Shown here in pieces: positions 19,521 to 29,703 of a stretch of DNA of 64,000 nt (positions are counted from its first letter, which is position 1; each line of letters opens with the position of its first letter). Under the pieces are notes generated by a model. That model had not been told where the DNA came from, made no database searches, and saw only the letters and a program-made list of their open reading frames with translations. Location: positions 2,624,001 to 2,688,000 of the forward strand of contig CBDCKW010000009.1 of NCBI GenBank assembly GCA_965218435.1, read 5' to 3'. The stretch is from Truepera sp. (GTDB lineage Bacteria > Deinococcota > Deinococci > Deinococcales > Trueperaceae). The position numbers and the translations under genes are program-made.

Positions 19521-21179
19521 ATGTCGCAGACAACTTGGTCGCAGTTCGAGGCGGCTTACGATGACCTCGAGGCCCGGGCATTGACGCTCAGCAACGTTGA
19601 GCGTTGGCTGCATGAGTGGAGCGACCTCGAGAAAGAGGTCGGCGAGCAGGCGATGACGCTTCAGCGTGCAAAAGACGAAGACACCCGCGATAAAGCAGCA
19701 GAAGCGGCCTATACAGCGTTTATTCAAGAGGTAATGCCGCCGCTAGATACCGTTAATCAAAAGCTCAAAGTCAAGTTCTTGGGGCTTTCAGACTACGGGC
19801 CTACCCCCGAAACAGCCGAGTTTATCAAAAAGTTCTGTAACGAAGTCGAGCTATTTAGAGACGCAAACACGCCTCTACTGGCCGACGAAACGACGCTAGG
19901 CAGCGACTACAGCAAGATCATGGGCAGCGTTTCAGTCCACTTAGACGGCGAGGCTCTAACGATTCCCGAAACGCAAAAGAAGCTGCTCTCCCCCGACCGA
20001 GCCTTACGCGAGCGGGCGTGGCAGGCAATTCACGAAGCCAAGCTGAGCGTCAGCGGTGAGTTAGACGACCTCTTCTTAAAGCTGCTCAAGTTGCGGCGGC
20101 AACTCGCCGCCAACGCCGACCTACCCGACTTTCGCGCTTTCTCGTGGCGGCGGTGGAACCGCTTTGATTACACGCCGGAAGAGAGCCTGACGCTGCACGA
20201 GTCTATCGCCAATGAGGTCGTCCCACTCACGGCCAAACTATATGAAGCGCGTCAAAGAGAGCTGGGCGTAGCGGAACTGCGTCCGTGGGATAGAAGCGTT
20301 GACCCGCACTCGAGACCGCCCCTCGAGCCCTTTGAGACTGTAGGAGAACTTGAAGAGGGTTTGGTACATATCTTCGGCCACCTCGACCCTGAGCTAGCTG
20401 AGCAGTTCAGCAGTCTCCGGGACGGTTGGCTCGACCTGGAGGCGCGTGAGGGCAAAGTGCCGGGGCTCGGGTATCAGGGCTATTTTCCGCAAAAAGAAAA
20501 GCCCTATATCTACTACACGGTCAACGGAACCCACAGCGACGTCACGGTACTCGTTCACGAGGCGGGTCACGCCTTTCATTCATTTGCGTCGGCAGCACGT
20601 AACGAGTTGGTGTGGAACTTTTATCCGGGTATGGAATTCGCTGAGGTCGCATCACAGACGATGGAACTTTTGATGTTGCCCTATCTAAACGAGGCTGAAG
20701 GCGGATTTTACAACGACGAGGACGTAGTGCGGGCGCGGCGTGAGGGGCTCGAGCGTGTTCTCTTTTTATCCCCTTACCTCGCCAAAAGCGACGCCTTTCA
20801 GCACTGGCTCTATACCGAAGCGCCCGAAGACGTAACTATTGCCGAGATAGATGCCAAGTGGCTCGAGCTAGAAGAGCACTTCGACCCTGGCGTGGACTGG
20901 TCGGGGCTGGAGCGAGAGCGGGCCAAAGGCTGGCAATACTTTCACATCTTCGCGGTACCCTTTTATATGCTCGAGTACGCTTTTGCGTGGCTCGGCGCGG
21001 TGCAAATCTGGCGTAACGCCCTAGATGACCCGCAAGCCGCGCTCAAAAAATACCGTGCGGCGCTCGCACTGGGCGGCACAAAACCGTTACCTGAACTTTT
21101 TGAAACTGCCGGGGCGCGGTTTGCGTTCGACCGGGAGACGGTCGGTGAGGCGATGCGGTTTGTCTACAGTCAGCGGTAG
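19521..21179 (+). CDS. M3-family oligoendopeptidase (PepF-like)
   Basis: HEAGHAFH, EFAEVAS, HIFAVPFYMLEY, LALGG. Confidence 0.9.
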   Translation: MSQTTWSQFEAAYDDLEARALTLSNVERWLHEWSDLEKEVGEQAMTLQRAKDEDTRDKAAEAAYTAFIQEVMPPLDTVNQKLKVKFLGLSDYGPTPETAEFIKKFCNEVELFRDANTPLLADETTLGSDYSKIMGSVSVHLDGEALTIPETQKKLLSPDRALRERAWQAIHEAKLSVSGELDDLFLKLLKLRRQLAANADLPDFRAFSWRRWNRFDYTPEESLTLHESIANEVVPLTAKLYEARQRELGVAELRPWDRSVDPHSRPPLEPFETVGELEEGLVHIFGHLDPELAEQFSSLRDGWLDLEAREGKVPGLGYQGYFPQKEKPYIYYTVNGTHSDVTVLVHEAGHAFHSFASAARNELVWNFYPGMEFAEVASQTMELLMLPYLNEAEGGFYNDEDVVRARREGLERVLFLSPYLAKSDAFQHWLYTEAPEDVTIAEIDAKWLELEEHFDPGVDWSGLERERAKGWQYFHIFAVPFYMLEYAFAWLGAVQIWRNALDDPQAALKKYRAALALGGTKPLPELFETAGARFAFDRETVGEAMRFVYSQR

Positions 21180-21253
21180 CAGCTCAGATATTTTAGGTAA
21201 GTGAGGCTCGAGCCGATACACAAGGCCAAGAAGCAAAACGGGTATCCTCAGTT

Positions 21254-23284
21254 ATGATGCGCCGTTTGCCTCTACTGCTCGCACCCTTTTTGAGTGTCGC
21301 GTTTGCGGCGGGCGAGACCCCGGCTTTTTTTAGCGAAGTTGCAGTTTTGCTGGTTGTCAGCGCCGTGATCGCGTATATCTGCTTTCGGCTCGGTCTCGTC
21401 CCGATTATCGGCTTTTTGGTTGCGGGCGTCTTGATCGGCCCCAACGCACTCGGGCTCGTTCACGACGCTGAGCTGATCAGCGCCGCCGCTGAGCTCGGCG
21501 TGATTTTTTTGCTCTTTACCATCGGCATCGAGTTTTCCCTAGAGCAGCTCGCGCGAATTCGCCGCCTCATCTTTGTTGGGGGCGGCTTTCAGGTCGGCGT
21601 CACGGTCGCGCTGGTGACTGGAGTTTTGCTCCTTTTCGGCGTAGAGTGGCGCGTCGGCGTCTTTACGGGCTGCTTGGTAGCTTTGTCAAGTACCGCCATC
21701 GTCCTTAAACTGTTCGAGAGTAAGGGCGGGACCGACTCACCGATTGGGAACGTTTCGCTGGGCGTGTTGATCTTTCAAGACCTGGCGGTCGTGGTGATGG
21801 TGCTCCTTATTCCAATGCTCGGCGAGGGCGGCGGCTCGGTGCTGGGGCTCGGTTGGGCGCTCCTCAAAGCGGCCTTGCTGATTGTCCTCGTCTTAACGCT
21901 GGCAACAAGGGTGATGCCACATATTTTAGAAGCGGTTGCCCGTACCTGTTCACCGGAAATATTCCTGCTCACCGTCGTTGCTATATGTTTGGGAACGGCG
22001 TATGTCACGAGTCTAGCTGGGGTCAGCTTGTCGCTCGGCGCGTTTCTAGCGGGGCTTTTGGTCAGCGAGAGCCGCTTCGGACAGCAAGCACTGGGCGAAA
22101 TTTTACCGCTGCAAATTATCTTTAGTGCGGCGTTTTTTATCTCGGTCGGGCTGCTGTTAGACCTCAGCTTTGTAGTGATGAACCTGCCGCTGGTGCTCGC
22201 CGCGATTCTCGGCGTGCTGGCGCTTAAAACGCTCGTGACAACCGGCGCGGCGCGGCTGCTCGGGTATCCGCTTAACGTGGCGCTCCCTGCCGGATTTTTG
22301 CTCGCGCAAGTAGGCGAGTTTTCGTTTGTGTTGGAGCGGGCCGGACGCGAAGTGGGACTCTCCCCCGCTGGCCTCGGCGACGCGGGCGCACAGACGTTTA
22401 TCGCCACGACCGTACTGCTGATGGGCGCAACCCCGTTTTTAGCACGTATCGGACGGCAGGTTAAAACTCGGTTGCCGATCTCGCAAACGCCTCTCGCGGA
22501 AAAGCCACCCGACGCCTCGGCCTTTGCCGAGTTGCAAAACCACGTGATTGTCGCAGGCTACGGCGATAGGGCGCGGCGGTTGGTGCGAGTGTTGGGGGAA
22601 GCCCAAGTCCCTTTTATCATCGTCACGCTGAGCCCCACCGGAGCGACCGAAGCCGAAAATGAGGGACGCAATGTGGTGCGCGGCGACTACGCCAAAAGCT
22701 CGGTGTTAAACGCTGTAGGGTTGACTCGAGCCCGGTCGCTCGTCGTTGCCGACGACGACCCCAACATGACAGCGAGGGTTGTAAGCGTCGTCCGCGGACT
22801 TTCGCCGGAAGTCTATCTGATCGCGTCTACGCGTACCTACGCGCAGGCAAAAGCTCTTAAACAAGCCGGGGCAAGCGCGGTTATCTCTGAAGAGTACGCG
22901 GTGACTGAGCGTCTTGTCACCCACATTTTGGAAAACGCGGGCGTAAACCCTGACGACGCGCAGCGTTACGCCGAAGTCCATGACGCAGAGGCGCTACCGC
23001 CCGTAGCCCTAACTGCTGAGCAACAGGCGAGCCCCGCGTGTAGCCACACCGCTCAAGCACGTACCGTTTCGCCGCTCACAGCGGGGTGCGAAGAGTGTAT
23101 GAAACTCGGCGACAGCTGGGTTCACCTACGCGTGTGTATGAGCTGCGGCAAGGTCGGCTGCTGTGACGACTCGAAAAACAAACACGCTACGGCGCACTTT
23201 CACGAAACCGGGCATCCGATTATCCGCTCTCGAGAGCGGGGGGAAGACTGGGCGTACTGTTATGAAGATGAGGCGATGCTCTAG
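21254..23284 (+). CDS. CPA2 (Kef-like) cation:proton antiporter with RCK/TrkA-N domain and C-terminal UBP-type zinc finger
   Basis: LSSTAIV, LIFQDL, AQVGEFSFV, VIVAGYG; C-terminal CSH...CEEC...LRVCMSCGKVGCCDDSKNKHATAH. Confidence 0.85.
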   Translation: MMRRLPLLLAPFLSVAFAAGETPAFFSEVAVLLVVSAVIAYICFRLGLVPIIGFLVAGVLIGPNALGLVHDAELISAAAELGVIFLLFTIGIEFSLEQLARIRRLIFVGGGFQVGVTVALVTGVLLLFGVEWRVGVFTGCLVALSSTAIVLKLFESKGGTDSPIGNVSLGVLIFQDLAVVVMVLLIPMLGEGGGSVLGLGWALLKAALLIVLVLTLATRVMPHILEAVARTCSPEIFLLTVVAICLGTAYVTSLAGVSLSLGAFLAGLLVSESRFGQQALGEILPLQIIFSAAFFISVGLLLDLSFVVMNLPLVLAAILGVLALKTLVTTGAARLLGYPLNVALPAGFLLAQVGEFSFVLERAGREVGLSPAGLGDAGAQTFIATTVLLMGATPFLARIGRQVKTRLPISQTPLAEKPPDASAFAELQNHVIVAGYGDRARRLVRVLGEAQVPFIIVTLSPTGATEAENEGRNVVRGDYAKSSVLNAVGLTRARSLVVADDDPNMTARVVSVVRGLSPEVYLIASTRTYAQAKALKQAGASAVISEEYAVTERLVTHILENAGVNPDDAQRYAEVHDAEALPPVALTAEQQASPACSHTAQARTVSPLTAGCEECMKLGDSWVHLRVCMSCGKVGCCDDSKNKHATAHFHETGHPIIRSRERGEDWAYCYEDEAML

Positions 23285-23525
23285 TCTGTGAAACCCTTAC
23301 ATGTGTTGCCACCTTTAGCGTTCCCACACTAAAAATAATAGTCGCAGACAGCATAAAAGCCGTCTATAGTACGCGTCATTTGTTGACTCACAGTTTTTAC
23401 CAACCCAGCTGCTACAGCTAGCAAAGCCGCGCCCGGCCTATATAGAGACATAGGGCCAACCGTTAAGCTGTCAGCTGGTGTCTAGTTAGAAGTGTCCAAC
23501 AAACGACACTTATGGGGGCATAGCG

Positions 23526-25100
23526 ATGCGCATCGGTCTCAGGTCGGCAAAATCCCTTCGGTTCATAGAGCCTTTTATCTACTACTTCGTCATACTCGTT
23601 ACTAGCTCTATAAGTTTTACCGCCAAAGCTACCCCGTCTACACCAAACCGTGCAGACAAACCCAACCTCATTCTCATCATCACCGACGACCAGGTGGCCA
23701 ACCTCGTACCCTATATGCCGCAGGTGCAAAAGCTGCTCGTTGCTCAGGGAACGAGCTTTACTCAGGCGTTTGCCACGACGCCGCTCTGCTGCCCGGTACG
23801 TAGCACCGTGTTACGCGGGCAGTATGCGCACAACCACGGCGTCCTCAATAACGACGGCCCGGCGGGTGGCTTTCCAGAGCTTTACAGTTCGGGCGAGGAG
23901 GCTTCAACGATTGCCACGTGGTTACGCGGCGCAGATTATCAGACGGCGCTGCTCGGCAAATACCTTAACGCTTACCCATACGGCCCTACCGGGACGATGC
24001 CAAAGGCGTTTCGCGCACCACCCCACACCTACGTGCCACCAGGTTGGACTGAATGGTTTGGGTTCTTAGATGTCCCACGAAATAAAAAGCTCAACCCCTA
24101 CCGGATGTACAACTACAGCGTCAATCAAAATGGCCGGATCGTGCGTTACGGCCACGACTCGGAAGACTATCAAACCGATGTGTTGGCGCGTCAGACGCGC
24201 GGCGTCATCAGGCGTTTTAGTCAGTCACCCCAACCCTTCTTTATCTACCTAGCTCCGACTGCGCCGCATCTACCGGCCATTCCCGCGCCCCGTGATGAAG
24301 GAACGCTGCTTGGCGTCAAAGCGCCTCGGCCACCGTCATTTAACGAAGCTGACATCTCCGACAAACCGACCTGGCTCCGTGAGGTCGTCCGGCTGAACCG
24401 GCACAGCGTAGGGACGATTGACCGGATTTTCCGGCGCGAGCGTGAGATGATCCTAGCCCTCGACGACCTCGTAGGCACCGTCGTCAAAACGTTGCGAAAG
24501 CAGGGCGAGCTAAAAAACACGTATATTGTCTTTACCAGCGACCAGGGATTTCACTTCGGCGAACACCGGCTTTTTCGTATCAAACTGACGCCTTACCACG
24601 CGGCGACACACGTTCCGCTCGTCATCCGTGGGCCGGGGATTGTAAAGGGTCAGAAGCGAAAACAGCTCGTCCTTAATACGGACCTCGCCCCAACCTTGGC
24701 AGCGTTGGGAAAGGCCGAGGCACCACGCTTTGTTGACGGCCGTTCGCTGTTGCCACTCTTGGGTTTAGCGCCGAAACCTAAGGCGTGGCGGCAAACGTCA
24801 CTCGTCGAGTTTTGGCCCCGGAAGGTTCCGCTACTCGATACCCGTGACGAGTCGGTGTTATCGGTTAAGGTTCCCGAATACAGCGGCTTACGGACCAAAA
24901 AGTATCTTTACGTCGAGTACACCTACGCGGGTGGGCAACGTGAACGCGAGCTTTACGACCTCGAGAGAGACCCGTACGAACTTACGAATGTCGCCGAACG
25001 CGCACCCAAAGCCCTGCTCGCCAGACTCGAAAGGAAACTCACAGCGTTAAAAACCTGCCGCGCAGCAGGCTGCCGCAAGGCAGAAAACACGCTACCCTAG
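23526..25100 (+). CDS. Secreted sulfatase (N-acetylglucosamine-6-sulfatase-like)
   Basis: PNLILIITDDQ, CCPVR (CxPxR), GKYLN, FTSDQGFHFGEH, ELYDLERDPYELTN; N-terminal hydrophobic segment. Confidence 0.85.
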   Translation: MRIGLRSAKSLRFIEPFIYYFVILVTSSISFTAKATPSTPNRADKPNLILIITDDQVANLVPYMPQVQKLLVAQGTSFTQAFATTPLCCPVRSTVLRGQYAHNHGVLNNDGPAGGFPELYSSGEEASTIATWLRGADYQTALLGKYLNAYPYGPTGTMPKAFRAPPHTYVPPGWTEWFGFLDVPRNKKLNPYRMYNYSVNQNGRIVRYGHDSEDYQTDVLARQTRGVIRRFSQSPQPFFIYLAPTAPHLPAIPAPRDEGTLLGVKAPRPPSFNEADISDKPTWLREVVRLNRHSVGTIDRIFRREREMILALDDLVGTVVKTLRKQGELKNTYIVFTSDQGFHFGEHRLFRIKLTPYHAATHVPLVIRGPGIVKGQKRKQLVLNTDLAPTLAALGKAEAPRFVDGRSLLPLLGLAPKPKAWRQTSLVEFWPRKVPLLDTRDESVLSVKVPEYSGLRTKKYLYVEYTYAGGQRERELYDLERDPYELTNVAERAPKALLARLERKLTALKTCRAAGCRKAENTLP

Positions 25101-25283
25101 ACTTCTTGCGAAGATAGAGCCTGACATTCTTCAGAGTTTTTGGTACGTTCGGTCAGCGCCTTAACCTAGCGAACAGCATTTGAACAGGCGTTAGTAGGTT
25201 AGCCCGACCATAAACAGCACAAGCCGGTTTGAGCTTCGGGGTAGCCACGGCTACCCTTATGACCGGGCGCTCTGAGGTCGTAC

Positions 25284-25748
25284 CTAAGCTGCCTGCAATT
25301 CTTTAAGCTCATCACTGACCTTTTGCGCGTGCCCGTCGTGGTTGACGTTATACATCGCTTCAGCGATGTTGCCGTCCGGGTTGATGATAAAGGTCGAGCG
25401 CTGGGTTCCTTCGTAGCTCGAGCCGTCAGGCAGTTTCTTTTCCCCATAGGTGCCGTAACGTTTGGCAACTTCGCCGCCCGGGTCGGAAAGAAGCGGGAAC
25501 GGCAGGTTGTGCCCCTCGGCAAAGTCCTCGTGAGACGCTAAATCGTCGGCTGAAACGCCTAACACTTGGGCACCCATGCCGGGCATGGCATCCCGAAAAT
25601 CGCACGCCTCTTGGGTACACCCCGGCGTGTTGTCTCTCGGGTAAAAGTACAACACGACCCAGGTGCCGCGGTAATCGGTGAGGTTTTTGCTGCCCTGATT
25701 GGACTCGAGGGTAAAGTCGGGGGCTTGGTCGCCTACTGCAAGGTTCAT
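25284..25748 (-). CDS. bcp: Peroxiredoxin BCP/PrxQ
   Basis: APDFTL, YFYPRDNTPGCTQEACDFRD, RSTFII. Confidence 0.92.
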   Translation of the reverse strand: MNLAVGDQAPDFTLESNQGSKNLTDYRGTWVVLYFYPRDNTPGCTQEACDFRDAMPGMGAQVLGVSADDLASHEDFAEGHNLPFPLLSDPGGEVAKRYGTYGEKKLPDGSSYEGTQRSTFIINPDGNIAEAMYNVNHDGHAQKVSDELKELQAA

Positions 25749-25832
25749 AATGGCTCCTTTTGGGATGTTCCGTCACACATTTGCTAATCTACAGCATGAC
25801 AAGTCAAGCAAAACCATTCCGGGGTACAGGCT

Positions 25833-26531
25833 GTGCCTGTAAAAACTATGTCCGCTGAGGCGCTTAAAAAGCGGGCTGCGCTCGAGGCCATCAAACACGT
25901 CAAATCGGGCATGACGCTTGGTCTCGGCACCGGCAGCACCGCCCGCTATGCGACCATCGGCATCGGTGAGTTGCTCGGGCGCGGTGAGCTTCAAGATATT
26001 CGCGCCGCTGTAACCTCGCTCGACACCGCACGGCTGGCGCAAGAGGGCGGTATTCCGCTGATTGACTTAGGGCCTGAAGGCGTTGACCTGGCGATTGACG
26101 GGATAGACGAGGTGACCGACACCTTAGACGTGATTAAGGGACTTGGCGGGGCGCTGTTACGCGAAAAGATCGTCGAGGCGCGGGCGCACATATTTATCTT
26201 GATCGGCGACGTGAGTAAACGTGTGGCTTATCTGGGCGAAAAAGCGCCGGTGCCAACTGAAGTTTTGGAGTTCGGCAGCGGCGCAGCAAAAAAAGACCTC
26301 GAGGCGCTCGGGTGTCGTCCGGTGTTGCGCGAACGTGACGGTCAGCTCGTCCGTAGTGACAACGGTAACCTGCTCCTCGACTGTCACTTTGACGCACCCT
26401 TTGACCCTCAGCAAGTTGCGGCGGCCATGAGTCAGATTCCGGGCGTGCTCGAGCACGGCTTGTTTTTGGGGATGGCCGACTTCGCCTATATTGCTGACGA
26501 AACACAAGTGGTGAGGCTCGAGCGCCCCTAA
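25833..26531 (+). CDS. rpiA: Ribose-5-phosphate isomerase A
   Basis: GLGTGSTA, IDGIDEV, KGLGGALLREKIV, SDNGN, PGVLEHGLF. Confidence 0.95.
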   Translation: MPVKTMSAEALKKRAALEAIKHVKSGMTLGLGTGSTARYATIGIGELLGRGELQDIRAAVTSLDTARLAQEGGIPLIDLGPEGVDLAIDGIDEVTDTLDVIKGLGGALLREKIVEARAHIFILIGDVSKRVAYLGEKAPVPTEVLEFGSGAAKKDLEALGCRPVLRERDGQLVRSDNGNLLLDCHFDAPFDPQQVAAAMSQIPGVLEHGLFLGMADFAYIADETQVVRLERP

Positions 26532-26575
26532 ACCTTTGCGCCCATCCAACTACGGGTTCACTTTATACTGAGCTT

Positions 26576-26938
26576 ATGGTCATCGCTGTAGGACTCGATA
26601 TCGTTGAACTAGACCGCATTCAAGGCGTGTGGAACCGCCACCGCGACCGGTTTTTAGAACGGCACTTTCACCCCGACGAACTCGCCTACTGCCTGAAAAA
26701 ACCGCACCCGCTGCCGTCTCTCGCAGTTCGTTTTGCGGCCAAAGAAGCGTTTCAAAAGACCTGGCCGGTCGCGCACGGTTGGCGCGACGTGTGGGTCGTT
26801 CGTCAGGGTGACAAACCCGTCTTGAGGTTTTCTGAGGAGATTGCCGCCGAGATGGAACAAAACGGCTGGCGGGCACACCTGAGCATGAGCCACGCCCGTA
26901 CGCACGCGACGGCAGTGGTGATTTTAGAAGCACTTTAG
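26576..26938 (+). CDS. acpS: Holo-ACP synthase
   Basis: VGLDIV, RFAAKEAFQK, HLSMSH. Confidence 0.92.
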   Translation: MVIAVGLDIVELDRIQGVWNRHRDRFLERHFHPDELAYCLKKPHPLPSLAVRFAAKEAFQKTWPVAHGWRDVWVVRQGDKPVLRFSEEIAAEMEQNGWRAHLSMSHARTHATAVVILEAL

Positions 26939-27642
26939 GACTCCGTGGGTAAAAACGTCAGCGATAAAAAATAGGGTTTTTTGCCCGGAGCCGGCTGCCG
27001 GGTGTAGAGGTCACTTCTGAGTTCGTAAAACTTGAGCAGGAGCGTCTTGGCTTCATCATCGGTCAGGTAAAGCTGAGAGTTAAAATCTCCGCCTAACGGT
27101 CCCCGGTATGAAGCGACCAACGCTGTGTCGTGCGGATTGAGAAATAGTTGCAAGGTGTCGCTCAGCTCGCCCGTGCGCGACGCCGAGTTACCCCAGACCG
27201 TTCCGCTTTCAGTGTGACGGTAAAACTCGTACCCCTCGAGCCCTGACTCCCTTAAAAGCTTAGCAGTAGCAGGCAAAATAACAGCTTCTTGAGCGCGGTA
27301 GTGTTCACGCATCCGCTCCTCGAGTTCGGCATAGGGCGTCACCTCGAACGGGATGAAATAGGCGTCGTAAACGCTGCGGTAATGCTTGACCGGGCGACCC
27401 GCACGTTTTTCGAGTCTCGAGACCTCTAACAGACCAGCTTTCAAAAACGTCTTGATGCGGTAGAGCAGCGTGTCGAGCTTGCAGTCAAGTTCTGCGGCTG
27501 CCTCGGTCGCACTCAGCTCTCGAGCGACAAACGGTTCAAAAAATCTAAAACTCTCTCGGTTAGAGAGGAGCCTAGCCTGCTCAGAATCGGTAACCGTATA
27601 AAACGCCTCAGCGGGTGGCCTACCGGAATTTTGCTCTGCCAT
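26935..27642 (-). CDS. Winged-HTH (ArsR-like) regulator, divergent from the MFS gene
   Basis: LSATEAAAELDCKLDTLLYRIKTFLKAGLLEV...RAGRPVKHYRS. Confidence 0.7.
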   Translation of the reverse strand: MAEQNSGRPPAEAFYTVTDSEQARLLSNRESFRFFEPFVARELSATEAAAELDCKLDTLLYRIKTFLKAGLLEVSRLEKRAGRPVKHYRSVYDAYFIPFEVTPYAELEERMREHYRAQEAVILPATAKLLRESGLEGYEFYRHTESGTVWGNSASRTGELSDTLQLFLNPHDTALVASYRGPLGGDFNSQLYLTDDEAKTLLLKFYELRSDLYTRQPAPGKKPYFLSLTFLPTES

Positions 27643-27671
27643 TTCAAGTAGCAGCCTATCACACTGAACGG

Positions 27672-29005
27672 ATGAACCACCTCATGCTTATCAAACACGT
27701 TCAGCACAAGACTTACGATTATCAGCAGGAAGCGGCACAACAACGCCTTGCACGTGCCGCCATTCAAGCTAGTCCGACGCACGGGCTCGAGCGCACCTAT
27801 TACCTCACGCAAGGCTTGCTCTGGCTGGCGACGGCGCTTCCGGCACCCCTGTTGGTCTTGCTAGCACAAAACCGTGGCGTGACCCTCGGACAGATTGGGC
27901 TGCTTTTTGGGGTCTACGCGCTGACCGCTGCCGTGTTCGAGGTGCCTTCAGGAATGCTCGCGGACAGTTGGGGCCGTAAACCCACCACGCTGCTGGCCTA
28001 CGTGCTGATGATTGCGGCGCAAACGCTCTTACTCTGGGCGTTCTCACTACCATTGCTGCTCGTCTGGGCGCTCTTTTACGGCGTCGGGCGGGCGCTCGTT
28101 TCGGGGGCGCTCGAGGCGTGGTTTGTAGACGCGGTAGAACAGGCCGCGCCGGGAACCGAACTGCAACCGCTGTTTGCCAAAGCTGGAACCGTCGAACTTC
28201 TTGCCCTCACCCTTGGAACGCTTTTGGGGGGCGCACTGCCCAAACTCTTTGTAGGGTTGCCCGAAGGAGCGGTGCTGTCCTGTCACCCTTGTCAGCGGTG
28301 CTGCTCGTGTCGGTTTTTGTCAAGGTGATTTTGGTCGGCGTGGTGACTTGGCGCGTTAGGGAGACCCCACGAGTAAAACCACCTCACACAGGGCTTCGCC
28401 AGCTGTTCGCCAACGCTTTTAATGTGAGCCGCCGGAGTCCGGCGCTCAGGCTGCTTTTTGGCGGGGCTTTGGCCACCGGGTTTGCCACGGCTGGGCTCGA
28501 GACCTTTTGGCAACCACGTTTTGCCGCGCTGCTGGGGCCGGATACCCTTATCCTCAGCGTTATCTTAGCTGGCAGCTTCGGCACAGGGATGCTCGGTAAC
28601 TTAGCGTCTATTCCGCTCTGCCGCCTGTTTTCGGAACGTTACGCACAGGTTGCCGCGCTGATGCAAGGCTTGGGCGGACTGACGCTGATTTTGTTGGCCT
28701 TACAAACGCGGGCATTCCCGGCAGTCTTGCTCTTTTGGGCCGTTTATCTAACCCTCGGGGTGTCGGGGTCACCGCGGCAGACACTCCTCAACCGTGCGGT
28801 TCCAGGTGACTCGAGGGCGGCTCTCTTGTCGGTCAGCTCACTGATGACCTACGTCGGGTTTTTCTTGGGCAGCGTGCTGCTCGGTAGGCTCGCGGAGTGG
28901 CTGTCAGTCTCGGCAGCGTGGGGACTGGCGGGCGTGGTTTTTGCGCTGTCACTCGGGTTTTACGTGGGGCTCGAGCGGCTAAAGCTCACGACGTCCCCCG
29001 CTTAA
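27672..29005 (+). pseudogene. MFS transporter split by a 5-bp tandem duplication
   Basis: FEVPSGMLADSWGRK, SGALEAW; CTGTC duplicated at 28275-28284, and removing one copy joins the two ORFs (AVLSPLSAV). Confidence 0.85.
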
Positions 29006-29020
29006 CTGCTACACTAATTT

Positions 29021-29332
29021 ATGACGGTTCCCGTTTTAGACAGGCATATCGAGGTTGACCCGACCATTTTAGGGGGAAAACCGCATATTAAAGGGCACCG
29101 CATCACCGTACAAAATATCGTTACCTGGCACGAGCGTATGGGTAAAAGCGCCGACGAAATAGCCAGCGAGTACAGTTTGACCTTGGCAGAAATCTACGCC
29201 GCGCTGAGCTACTATTTCGACCACCAAGACGAGGTGGCCCAGAGTATCTACGAAAGTAAAGCTTTTGCTGAAGAGATGCATAGGCAAAACCGCTCAGTTT
29301 TAGAGCACAAGCTGTCTAAACGTAGTGAGTAA
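29021..29332 (+). CDS. DUF433 antitoxin-like protein
   Basis: ILGGKPHIKGHRITV...LTLAEIYAALSYY. Confidence 0.88.
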   Translation: MTVPVLDRHIEVDPTILGGKPHIKGHRITVQNIVTWHERMGKSADEIASEYSLTLAEIYAALSYYFDHQDEVAQSIYESKAFAEEMHRQNRSVLEHKLSKRSE

Positions 29333-29654
29333 GATTCGTTACTACACCGATGAAAACGTTTCTCGAGCGGTTGTCAATGGTTTGAGGCAGAGAGGCGTCA
29401 ACGTCTTAAGCGTTCCCGAAACTGGCCTGCTTGGTGCCGGCGATGAGCAGCAGTTGGCATTTGCTCTCGAGCAAGGTCAGGTTATCTTTACACATGATGA
29501 TGACTTTTTGAGGTTGGCGACGGCTGGTAAACAGCACGCAGGTATCGTTTACAGCTCACAGCAGTTACCTCTCGGCGCTATCATTCGCGGCCTGATGCTC
29601 ATCTATGAAGTTTTGACGCCAGAAGATATGCAGAATCAGGTTGAGTTTTTGTAA
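29325..29654 (+). CDS. DUF5615 PIN-like toxin
   Basis: YTDENV, GAGDEQQL, IFTHDDDFL, HAGIV; paired with DUF433. Confidence 0.85.
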   Translation: MSKIRYYTDENVSRAVVNGLRQRGVNVLSVPETGLLGAGDEQQLAFALEQGQVIFTHDDDFLRLATAGKQHAGIVYSSQQLPLGAIIRGLMLIYEVLTPEDMQNQVEFL

Positions 29655-29703
29655 TGGCGTTGTGCCTCGAGCTCACCCCCAACTACAGGTTAAGCTTGAG
29701 AAC

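Noticed and set aside
29655..29703. DdrO/RDRM radiation-response box upstream of recF
   Set aside because: No matching palindrome seen.
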